Sequence record: SRR31156797_1918
Direction: 5' to 3' (one strand)
Length of the DNA stretch: 42,270 nucleotides
In this document: piece after piece, positions 9,034 through 17,956 of the stretch
How positions within the stretch are numbered: position 1 is the stretch's first letter
How the letters are laid out: every line of letters starts with the position of its first letter
Notes under the pieces: model-generated
What the model was told of the DNA's origin: nothing
Seen by the model: only the letters and a program-made list of their open reading frames with translations
Databases searched by the model: none
Position numbers and translations under genes: made by a program

Positions 9034-9971
9034 TGGTTGAGAGTAAAGAGAAAAAAGGACAAGAAACCGGCACTGACAGGCGTAGTTTTATAAAAACAGG
9101 GACCGTTGCCGTTGCAGGACTTGCTGCCACAGGCGGGGCGCTCAGCCCGCTTTTTTATGCTGAAGAAGTACCAACTGTTGATGAACTGTTACAGAAACAT
9201 TACAAGAAACTTTCCACGGAAGACAAAAAGGATATATTTGAACGTCTGGAGTCCCAGCTTGAAAGGGAGCACGGAATCAAAGCCTCCATCTCCGATCCCC
9301 AACCCATGGACGGCGTAGAGTATGCCTATATCCTCAATGTCGGTCGTTGTATTGGCTGTAGAAAATGTGTCTATGCCTGTATGAAAGAGAACAACACCTC
9401 ACGAGCCCCTCAGCTCCAGTATATCAGGGTCATGAAGCTTAAACGCGGCTCCATTGACCTTGAAAACTCATCCCACGATTACCCAGAAGAAGAGGCCGCA
9501 TCGCCTGATTATTACTACATGCCCGCACAGTGCCATCAATGCCGTAACCCGCCCTGCATCAAAGTCTGCCCGGTCAAGGCCACCTGGATGGAAAAGGACG
9601 GTATAATCGTTGTTGATTACAACTGGTGCATCGGCTGTCGTTACTGTGAAGCAGCCTGTCCCTATCATGCTCGTCGTTTCAACTTTGCCAAGCCGGTTAT
9701 CCCCCGGGAAGAGATCAACCCCAATATGGGATATCTCTCTAACAGGATACGTCCGCTCGGGGTTATGGAGAAGTGTACTTTTTGTTTGCACCGGACACGT
9801 GTTGGGCTCTACCCTGCATGTCACGATGTTTGTCCCACCGGGGCAAGAAAATTTGGTGATCTTCGAGACCCAGAGTCCGAGGTACGCAAGATATTAGAAA
9901 AAGAAAGGGTTTATGTCCTGAAACAGGAAATAGGAACCATCCCCCGCTTCTATTATGTATTTGCAAAATAA
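9033..9971 (+). CDS. Tat-exported 4x[4Fe-4S] protein, NrfC/DsrO-like
   Basis: DRRSFIK twin-arginine motif; CIGCRKCVYAC, CHQCRNPPCIKVCP, CIGCRYCEAACP, CTFC...PACHDVCP. Confidence 0.9.
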   Translation: MVESKEKKGQETGTDRRSFIKTGTVAVAGLAATGGALSPLFYAEEVPTVDELLQKHYKKLSTEDKKDIFERLESQLEREHGIKASISDPQPMDGVEYAYILNVGRCIGCRKCVYACMKENNTSRAPQLQYIRVMKLKRGSIDLENSSHDYPEEEAASPDYYYMPAQCHQCRNPPCIKVCPVKATWMEKDGIIVVDYNWCIGCRYCEAACPYHARRFNFAKPVIPREEINPNMGYLSNRIRPLGVMEKCTFCLHRTRVGLYPACHDVCPTGARKFGDLRDPESEVRKILEKERVYVLKQEIGTIPRFYYVFAK

Positions 9972-10003
9972 AAGGGTACAAGGCCAACACTAACCACAGG
10001 GAA

Positions 10004-11194
10004 TTGCCCATGTTCAGATTCTTTGCAGACGGGTTCAAGGCCGCTTTTGTTGGAAGCGGTTGGTACTGGCTATGGATTTTACTACTCATTACCCTGTCCC
10101 TGATCGGGCTCAACGCCTATGCCAAGCAGCTCGCCTTTGGCCTGGTTACCTCAGGGATGGGAGATGAGGTCTCCTGGGGCCTCTACATAGCAAACTTTGC
10201 CTTTCTTGTAGGCATGGCAGCTGCTGCGGTGATGATGGTGATCCCCGCTTACATCTTTGATGATCGAGAGATGCACAAGGTGGTGATTTTCAGTGAACTT
10301 TTTGCCATTGCCGCCATGATCATGTGCATGCTCTTTATTGTCGTCGATCTGGGAAGACCGGATCGACTCTGGCACCTCATCCCTGGAATCGGTTTTTTCA
10401 ACTTTCCCGGGTCGCTGCTCACGTGGGATGTCATCGTCTTAAACGGCTACCTGCTCTTAAACCTCTGGGTCTGTTTTTATGTCCTCTATAAAGGCTATCA
10501 GGGAAAAACGCCCAAGCCCTATCTCTATATTCCAGTGGTCTTTCTGGCTATCGCCTGGGCACCATCAATCCATACCATCACTGCTTTTCTCTTCCAAGGG
10601 CTTGGAGGTCGACCTTTCTGGAACTCTGGGCTCATTGCCCCGCGTTTCCTGGTGTCTGCCTTTGCCGCTGGCCCCGCCTTTATGGTCCTGGTCTTTAAAT
10701 TTCTTAAAACCACCGGCGCCATCCACTTTAACGAAAAGGTTATCGATCGAATCAGGGTGATTATAACGGTCAGCCTGCTCATTAATCTTTTCCTGGCCGG
10801 CTCTGAACTCTTTGCTGAATTCTATTCCCAATCCGCCCATACCATTCATATCAGTCACCTTTTTGGGCTCCACGGCACATCTCTCCTAGCGCCCTGGATA
10901 TGGGGTGCTCTTGCTCTGAATGCTCTAGCAGCCCTAATCCTCCTCTCTCCCCTTCGCAGAAACTCTTTTTTTCTCATCTTATCCTGTATCATGATCGTCC
11001 TGGGCATCTGGACGGAAAAAGGCCTGGGGTTTGTTGTGCCCGGCTTTATTCCCACTCCGCTCGGGGATTTTGTCCAGTATGTCCCATCAACCAATGAACT
11101 GCTCATTTGCGCTGGTATCTGGGCCTTTGGCCTGCTTATCTATTCTGTGCTTCTCAAGGCTGCTATAACGATTGTTGATCGTACGCAGTACTGA
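10004..11194 (+). CDS. NrfD/PsrC-family integral membrane subunit (DsrP-like)
   Basis: SWGLYIANFAFLVGMAAAAV, VDLGRPDR; about 10 hydrophobic segments; follows an NrfC-like gene. Confidence 0.9.
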   Translation: MPMFRFFADGFKAAFVGSGWYWLWILLLITLSLIGLNAYAKQLAFGLVTSGMGDEVSWGLYIANFAFLVGMAAAAVMMVIPAYIFDDREMHKVVIFSELFAIAAMIMCMLFIVVDLGRPDRLWHLIPGIGFFNFPGSLLTWDVIVLNGYLLLNLWVCFYVLYKGYQGKTPKPYLYIPVVFLAIAWAPSIHTITAFLFQGLGGRPFWNSGLIAPRFLVSAFAAGPAFMVLVFKFLKTTGAIHFNEKVIDRIRVIITVSLLINLFLAGSELFAEFYSQSAHTIHISHLFGLHGTSLLAPWIWGALALNALAALILLSPLRRNSFFLILSCIMIVLGIWTEKGLGFVVPGFIPTPLGDFVQYVPSTNELLICAGIWAFGLLIYSVLLKAAITIVDRTQY

Positions 11195-11311
11195 GCCCAT
11201 AACGCAGGCTACTGAGGTAACTGTTATTCAAGCTCTTTTAAGGAGGTGCTCTTACCAAAAAGTTAAACAGGTAACATCACTCATCTCTCACCCTAAAAAA
11301 AGGAGTTAGTT

Positions 11312-13684
11312 ATGTTCAAGGTATGGAGAGGACTACTGCCAACTGCCATTGGCTTATGCCTGGTGGGTGCGGCATCAGCATATGGAGCCGGTGGCTGCTC
11401 GACTCAGGAATGTCACCAGGGCATCGCTGATATCAAACCAGCCGATCATGAAATGATGCGTACTATTAAAATGAACGGTTCCCAGCATGGAGACCCGGAT
11501 GGCTGCGTCATGTGTCACGGTGGAAATCCCAAAGCCACCAAAAAAGAAGAAGCGCATAAAGGCGTACCGCCAACACTGCGCATCGCGCCTGGTCCAAAAG
11601 ATTACTACCCAGATCCCGGATCCATATGGGTTGCCGAGAACTCCTGCGGCGCCTGTCATCCAGGCTATGTTTATCGCTCCAAACTTGGTCTGATGAATAC
11701 CGAAGCCGGTAAAATACAAGGTAACCTGGTCACCTGGGGCTTTGAAGAAGTCCAGGACTATAATGTTCCCTGGGGCAACTACAATGCCCAAGATATAGAC
11801 AGCCTTGACCCCTTGTCCGGCACTCCTGCCTACAAGGAGTATATGAAGAACCAGATAGCCCTCTATCCCAAGCAGTATCCAGAAAATCTCAAACAGATGC
11901 CCAACGTGACCATGGATGAGGTCAATGTTGATCCCAAGATGGCCGGGATCACCTACCAGCGACATGATTGTCAGCGTTGTCATATAGGCGTCAGAGGCCG
12001 TGAGAAGCGTGGTGATTTCAGAGGAATGGGCTGCTCGGCATGTCATGTTCTCTATGGGACTGACGGCTACTACATGGGCGAAGACAAAACTATCTCCAAG
12101 GACAAAGCTGGACACATGCTCAAGCACGAGATAGTGGCCACCAGAAAAACCGGTGGCATTCCGGTGGAAGCCTGTTCTTCTTGCCATAACCGCGGTAAGC
12201 GAATCGGCGTTTCCTTCCAAGGCTTGATGGAATTCCCCTATGGCTCGCCCTACAATGAAAAAGGAAATAAACAGCCTAAGCTGCACACCAAACGCTATCT
12301 CTTTGTCTCTGACGATCTCCACCACCAGCAGGCAAGCCGTAAAGGCAACCCTCAGGGTGGTATGCTCTGTCAAGACTGCCATACCTCCATTGATATGCAC
12401 GGTGATGGAAATATCCATGGGACGACTCTTGCCCAGGTGGAAATCGAATGTTCCGATTGTCATGGATTGACTGATAAATATCCTTGGGAACTCCCGGTGG
12501 GGTATGGGGATGAGTTTGGTAAGGATCTGAGCAAAGATCCTCGCGGTGTGGCTCAAGAGCGCTTAATCCCAGGGAGACAGTTCGGCTATCCTTACGAGGT
12601 CGAGGATGGCTTTATCCTTACTTCACGTGGAAACCCTTTTGGTAATGTTATCAAGCGTGGCAACAAGGTTATTGTCCATTCAGCCACTGGCAACGACTTT
12701 GAAGTACCTGTACTTAAAGTGCTGCGGGAAGAGAAAAGGTGGAAAGACCCATCTGCAGAAGTGGCCATGTATGCGGTTGCCAAGCATATGACCAACCTGG
12801 AATGCTATTCCTGTCATGCCTCTTGGGCACCGCAGTGTTACGGCTGTCATGTACAGGTCAACTACAAGCCCAAGGACGGTAAACCGGTCACCGGAACCGA
12901 CTGGGTGGCCTCTGGGAATGCCCAGAAACCCAATGGTCAAACCGCAGAATCAATCCTCGGCTCTGGTGGCATCAAGTCTCCCGGTAAAATATCTGAGACC
13001 AGGTCATACCTGCGTTGGGAAGATCCAGTCCTCGGTATCAGTGGCGAAGGGCGTGTGTCTCCACTCATGCCTGGTTGCCAGGTCACTTACACCATTATTA
13101 ATGACAAGGGTGAAACCCTGCTGAACAATGAAATTGCTCTCAGCCCCACAGAGGCTCAACAGCTTGGTCAGGAACATGTACCGCTTGCCATCGATATGGC
13201 TCCATTGCAACCCCACACGGCCCAGCGTCAAGCCAGGACCTGTGAGTCATGCCATACCAACCCCAAAGTAGCAGGACTTGGTTTGGGTAATGGTACGTTT
13301 GGACTCCGTCAGGCTGAAAACGTGGTAATGGATCTTATGGACGCCACCACCAGGGAGATTATCCCAGCCAAGTACAGCGTGCAGATCCCTGCCATCCCGA
13401 AACTGAATTTTGACTGGTCTCAGGTCGTCACCCGTGAGGGTGTCCAATTGGCCACGGTGGGTACACACTGGCCCATGTCCCGGGCATTCAACAAGCAGGA
13501 GATAGACAACTTCCTCAGGGCTGGCACCTGTATGGGCTGTCACCAGAACATGAGTGAAGCGGAACTGTGGAAAAAGGTTTCTACCGAAGGCACCATCGAT
13601 CCAAAAGGTCACTTGGAAGCGATGAACAAAATGATCAAGTTCATGGCAGAGCAGAATATGAAACCTGCTGAACTCCAAGAGTAA
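11312..13684 (+). CDS. Large exported multiheme c-type cytochrome (11 CxxCH plus one CX4CH)
   Basis: Signal peptide; CSTQECH, CVMCH, CGACH, CQRCH, CSACH, CSSCH, CQDCH, CSDCH, CYSCH, CYGCH, CESCH, CMGCH; RBS AAGGAG. Confidence 0.92.
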   Translation: MFKVWRGLLPTAIGLCLVGAASAYGAGGCSTQECHQGIADIKPADHEMMRTIKMNGSQHGDPDGCVMCHGGNPKATKKEEAHKGVPPTLRIAPGPKDYYPDPGSIWVAENSCGACHPGYVYRSKLGLMNTEAGKIQGNLVTWGFEEVQDYNVPWGNYNAQDIDSLDPLSGTPAYKEYMKNQIALYPKQYPENLKQMPNVTMDEVNVDPKMAGITYQRHDCQRCHIGVRGREKRGDFRGMGCSACHVLYGTDGYYMGEDKTISKDKAGHMLKHEIVATRKTGGIPVEACSSCHNRGKRIGVSFQGLMEFPYGSPYNEKGNKQPKLHTKRYLFVSDDLHHQQASRKGNPQGGMLCQDCHTSIDMHGDGNIHGTTLAQVEIECSDCHGLTDKYPWELPVGYGDEFGKDLSKDPRGVAQERLIPGRQFGYPYEVEDGFILTSRGNPFGNVIKRGNKVIVHSATGNDFEVPVLKVLREEKRWKDPSAEVAMYAVAKHMTNLECYSCHASWAPQCYGCHVQVNYKPKDGKPVTGTDWVASGNAQKPNGQTAESILGSGGIKSPGKISETRSYLRWEDPVLGISGEGRVSPLMPGCQVTYTIINDKGETLLNNEIALSPTEAQQLGQEHVPLAIDMAPLQPHTAQRQARTCESCHTNPKVAGLGLGNGTFGLRQAENVVMDLMDATTREIIPAKYSVQIPAIPKLNFDWSQVVTREGVQLATVGTHWPMSRAFNKQEIDNFLRAGTCMGCHQNMSEAELWKKVSTEGTIDPKGHLEAMNKMIKFMAEQNMKPAELQE

Positions 13685-13704
13685 CCCGGACCTTTCCGTA
13701 ACCT

Positions 13705-13742
13705 AAGCCTCCCCGCAGCCCTGCAGTTGGGAGGCTTTTTTG
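13705..13742 (+). terminator. Rho-independent terminator of the cytochrome operon
   Basis: AAGCCTCCC (13705-13713) pairs with GGGAGGCTT (13729-13737), followed by a T run, 20 nt after the stop. Confidence 0.8.
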
Positions 13743-13948
13743 TTGTGTTGTTAACAGAAAATAGACCGCTATCTGCCCTGCAGATAGTTTATAAAAGCAG
13801 GGGTAGAAAACAATCAAAGGACTGATTGATAGAAATTGGTGATATAGGATGGTCAGCTCATATTTCTAAAAAAGTTACGTTGCTTTACTTTGCCAGCTTT
13901 GGTAACTCGATTCAGCCGTATCTAATCTATTATTTTTTATAAATCCAA

Positions 13949-14422
13949 GTGTTAAAAATGAGCAATATTCCCTTAAAAGTACAAATGTTTTTGGAAAATC
14001 ACAGTCTTTCCGCACTTGAGTTTGAGCCAGGCTCAACTCCAACCGCTGAAGCAGCAGCCCAACGGATAGGCGTACCTGTTGGACAGATAGCAAAATCCAT
14101 CCTCTTCAAAGGAAAGGACAACAGGTACCGATTAGTGGTGGCTGCCGGAGATAAAAAAATTAACAGTGGAGCACTCAAACGTGCCACAGGGGCAAAGCAC
14201 CGGATGGCAAGTGCGGAGGAAACCAAGGAAGCTACAGGTTTTTTTCCTGGCGGAGTGTGTCCCTTCGGTTTGGAAGACTGCCCTGTAGCAATTTTACTCG
14301 ACGTCTCACTCGATGAATATGAAACTGTCTACCCTGCAGCTGGTACAGATGGCACTGGCGTCCCCTTAAGCCCTGATTACCTCCAGCAAATTACCGATGG
14401 CATGAAAGTTGAAGTGACCTGA
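13949..14422 (+). CDS. YbaK/EbsC-family aminoacyl-tRNA deacylase (start probably ATG 13958)
   Basis: TPTAEAAA, QIAKSILF, TGFFPGGVCPFG, VYPAAGT. Confidence 0.88.
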   Translation: MLKMSNIPLKVQMFLENHSLSALEFEPGSTPTAEAAAQRIGVPVGQIAKSILFKGKDNRYRLVVAAGDKKINSGALKRATGAKHRMASAEETKEATGFFPGGVCPFGLEDCPVAILLDVSLDEYETVYPAAGTDGTGVPLSPDYLQQITDGMKVEVT

Positions 14423-14477
14423 TTGTAACGCTACGACTTATCAGGCAATTTTATAGAGGATACCTGTGGTAAAAAGG

Positions 14478-14584
14478 GGGTGAAACATTCGTAATTTTAT
14501 GAGCAGGTGAAAAACGTCATAGATATGCCTACAAGACGATACAGTCTTTAATCTGTCACGGTCATCAAGTGATGTTGGTCAATC
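14478..14584 (+). repeat. Dead 107-nt copy of the 5' end of the CoA-binding-protein gene (direct repeat with 23548..23654)
   Basis: Hand-aligned, ungapped, 12 mismatches in 107 nt; start ATG replaced by GGG and codon 8 GGA changed to TGA. Confidence 0.9.
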
Positions 14585-14807
14585 TAGCTCTGGCCCCCTG
14601 TTTAAAAAAAAGAAAAAAGTATTTGAGGTTTTGATAATTCATTATCCGGGCCTCTTGCATAATGAAGAAACATAAGGGGTAACGAGACACCAATGATGTT
14701 GGCCCGAATCAGCCAGATGGCATTTTGCTGACTTCTCTGCATTCATTTTACTGAAATATCGTTATTTATTTACATTATGAGGTATTTCTTACCGAGCAAT
14801 TGTATAA

Positions 14808-16238
14808 ATGAGGGTGTCAACTATGAAGAATTGGAAAATTGGTGTATTTCTTCTTGCAGCTTATGTAGTCCTGGGTGGGTTGACCACTCAGGGACTTGCT
14901 GCGGAATTACCTACGGCTTCAGTCTCTGATGAAGAAAATATTCAGCACCAACTTGTGAATGAAGGCTTCGCTGATGTCATCGTTTCAGTAAATCCGCAAG
15001 CTATTGGTAAGTCGATGCAGCTTGATGCGATGAGTAAGAGTGAACGTAATTCTGTGGTTTCTCGGATGCAATCTGGGCTTTTAAGTAGATTATCCAGCAC
15101 CGATCATAAGATATTACAGAAGTTTTCCTATAATCCGCAAATGCATTTACATATCAACGCTAAGGCGTTTGAGATTTTGCAACAAAATTCTGAAATCGCC
15201 ATTAGCCCCAATCTACGACACACTTTCAATTTGTCGACAAGTGTTCCCCGAGTATTCAGGGGCCACAGGACTTCCCCTTATGATGGGGATAATCGTTGGG
15301 CGGTTGCAGTGCTCGATACCGGGGTCCAAAAATCTCACGCTTTTCTTCGGAATAAAGTGATTTCAGAGGCTTGTTATTCAGGTGGCTATTCGCACTCTGC
15401 TGTGAACTCTCTATGTCCTGGTGGGGTTCGCTCTTCTACAAAAAATGGATCTGGGGTGAATTGCTCGGGGATTGATGGTTGTAGTCATGGAACTCATGTT
15501 GCAGGTATTGTCGCTGGGTATAATTCGAGTATGGAGGGGGTGGCAGACAAGGGGAAGGTGATTTCGATCCAGGTCTATTCCAAAATTAGTGGAACTAATA
15601 ACTGCTATCCGTACCCATCACCTTGCCTTGCTGCTTTTAGTTCAGACATTATTAGTGCTTTGGAAAGAGTATATGCGCTACGAAATACATACAACATAGC
15701 AGCAGTTAATATGAGTCTCGGAGGGGGGTCATATTCGGGATATTGTAACTCTGAGTCTCGCCGCCCTATTATTCGTACGCTTAAGTCTGCAGGGATTGCA
15801 ACCATAGTATCTTCTGGTAACGATTATCGTAACTATCAGATTTCAGCTCCAGCGTGTATTCAGGAGGCCATTGCGGTGGGAGCTTCTTATGATAACAGTG
15901 ACACAAGAGCTAGGTTCAGCAATAACAGTCCCGCCTTAGATTTATATGCACCTGGGGCGTGGATTACCTCATCAGTAGTGGGAGGGGGTTATGCTGCATA
16001 TCAGGGCACTTCTATGGCTACGCCGCATGTGGCTGGCGCTTGGGCAGTATTGCGTCATGCTAAACCAAGTGCCTCAGTAGATGAGATAGAAAGTCTCTTG
16101 AAGAGCCTTGGCCCTGGCATTACCGTTTTGGGAGTGACAAGGAAGCGGATAGATATAACAGCTGCATTAACCAGACTTGCAATTAATCCAGCAGCTTCAT
16201 TACCTGCTATTATTTATTTATTATTGTTGAACGACTAG
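14808..16238 (+). CDS. Secreted S8 (subtilisin-like) serine peptidase with prodomain
   Basis: Signal peptide; triad motifs VLDTGV, SHGTHVAGI, GTSMATPHVAG; SSGN oxyanion motif. Confidence 0.93.
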   Translation: MRVSTMKNWKIGVFLLAAYVVLGGLTTQGLAAELPTASVSDEENIQHQLVNEGFADVIVSVNPQAIGKSMQLDAMSKSERNSVVSRMQSGLLSRLSSTDHKILQKFSYNPQMHLHINAKAFEILQQNSEIAISPNLRHTFNLSTSVPRVFRGHRTSPYDGDNRWAVAVLDTGVQKSHAFLRNKVISEACYSGGYSHSAVNSLCPGGVRSSTKNGSGVNCSGIDGCSHGTHVAGIVAGYNSSMEGVADKGKVISIQVYSKISGTNNCYPYPSPCLAAFSSDIISALERVYALRNTYNIAAVNMSLGGGSYSGYCNSESRRPIIRTLKSAGIATIVSSGNDYRNYQISAPACIQEAIAVGASYDNSDTRARFSNNSPALDLYAPGAWITSSVVGGGYAAYQGTSMATPHVAGAWAVLRHAKPSASVDEIESLLKSLGPGITVLGVTRKRIDITAALTRLAINPAASLPAIIYLLLLND

Positions 16239-16868
16239 TCTACTGTTCCGCCACCGACATATCAGCCATAACAAATCCATAATATTCATCTGCGCTAAAA
16301 AAACCATCTACATCATTGACGGCTCTGTTTATTCTCTCCAGCAGTTTTTTAAACACTCAGTGGTGAAATTTTTAAAAAATATCGCGATATTTTCTGTCCA
16401 TAACAGAACACGTCCCCACATCTGCCGACAGCATACCTGAATAGTGATTGCCGGTTACTGAGCCAATGTGCATCGCAGTGTCGCCAGGTGCACTTCAGGG
16501 TTTAAAGATGTTGAAGTAGTTACTTGCGTTGTCTTTTTTCCAATCAAAAGCCATCCAAAGTTAGTGAGTTAAATATTTCAACCTCCAGCAAATTACCATG
16601 GCATGAAAGTTCAGGTCACCTGAATGTAAAGCTGCGGCTCTCATCTTCCACAAAAGTTATATCTTGCAGAGTGACTGTTGGTCGCCTAAACGAAAAGCAC
16701 AATTCCACAGTAAACAGCTCTTTTTAAAGCATGTGACAAGATTAATTTCTTCGATTTTGCAATGTACAAACAAGTCTCAGTTGCTGAAGTTTCCTGATCA
16801 GGAATAAGGTTATGTTGCCCAATATTCTGTCAAGTACCCCTTGGCAAAGGTATGCTCTTATATAAATA

Positions 16869-17861
16869 TCACTCTGCTCGAATAATCGTGTGTGCCTGCC
16901 TCAAGATATGTTCTGATATTGTTATGCCTAGGGTGTTGGCAGTCCTGAGGTTAATTGAAAGATAATTCTCGGCAGTTTCCACCGGCAAATCGCCGGGCCT
17001 TCTCCCCTGTAGAATCTGGTCAGCGAGCCTTGCCATCTGTTTGCCAATCATGAAACCATTGAAACCAAAACCAAAGAGGGCGCCTCTTTCAGCCATTTCC
17101 ACGCGAGTGCCGGTGAGTATAATTTTCTTTGGGTTCGCCACTCTTGCAAAATCCTCGATCCTCGACATGACCATACCATCCCGCGGTAGAAAAATCGCAT
17201 CAACACTATCTGGGAAGTTAGCGAGGAGAGTATCGATTTCTTTATGGTTTCGTGTCTCCCTGGCATCAAGCGTCAGGTCGAACATCTTAACAGCGTCTCT
17301 TGCCTTTTGCAGCGAGATGACAGAACTTTTATCGTTTGGGTTGTAGGGCAAAAGAATTCTCTTAATTCGTGGAGCAATTTTAATTGCCCACTCCAATTCT
17401 TTGGCTGTGCTGTCTGTAAGCATTACACCAGTAACGTTTTCGCCCGGATGACGTTGCTCCTTAACGATCCCTACGCTCACCGGATCGTTAACCGGTCCAA
17501 AAACCACTGGAATTTTATTGAGCTTGGTAGCTTTTGTTACAGCTATAGCAACAGGAGTAGTTGAAGCGAAGATTAAATCGGGGTTGTAGCTCACTATTTT
17601 TGTTATATTAGCCTCCAGATTTTCCAGGCTATGATTGATATCATCAGATAGATAGGTTACGTTCTGACCCTCAATATACCCTTTTTCCTTCATACCTTCT
17701 TTAAAGCCTTTCAAAGTAGCAACATTGTTTTTGCCATAGATCACAGTAGCTATCACAAGTTTGTCTTGATTTCCAACAGCCATGACAGCTTCAACGGATA
17801 AAAGTAAAAGACCAGCAAAAAGTACAACTCGAATTATTGACAGTTGCCAAGTTACTCTCAT
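16869..17861 (-). CDS. Periplasmic ABC-type substrate-binding protein (Trp/Tyr-binding-like family), orphan
   Basis: Signal peptide; GYIEGQNV, IPVVFGPVNDPVSVGIV, PGENVTGV, ILQGRRPGDLPVE, INLRTANTLGI. Confidence 0.85.
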   Translation of the reverse strand: MRVTWQLSIIRVVLFAGLLLLSVEAVMAVGNQDKLVIATVIYGKNNVATLKGFKEGMKEKGYIEGQNVTYLSDDINHSLENLEANITKIVSYNPDLIFASTTPVAIAVTKATKLNKIPVVFGPVNDPVSVGIVKEQRHPGENVTGVMLTDSTAKELEWAIKIAPRIKRILLPYNPNDKSSVISLQKARDAVKMFDLTLDARETRNHKEIDTLLANFPDSVDAIFLPRDGMVMSRIEDFARVANPKKIILTGTRVEMAERGALFGFGFNGFMIGKQMARLADQILQGRRPGDLPVETAENYLSINLRTANTLGITISEHILRQAHTIIRAE

Positions 17862-17956
17862 AATTGCTTCCCCCCCCTTGTGAACTGTGATATTATTTCT
17901 GGTGTGCTAGGAATAATGATTATCATCATTGTATAGCAGCCAAAAAAAGATCACCA

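Noticed and set aside
8371-11194. Calling the operon dsrJOP, qrc or nrf
   Set aside because: No dsrMK, no molybdopterin-like subunit and no NrfA CxxCK, so gene symbols were withheld.
14808-16238. S8 protease as the leader peptidase of the putative RiPP
   Set aside because: It is 9.5 kb away, secreted, and inside a separate repeat-bounded islet.
16400-16730. Minus-strand QDITFVEDESRS, faintly like an ISAs1 transposase motif
   Set aside because: Single short match with no supporting motifs or ends; needs BLASTx.
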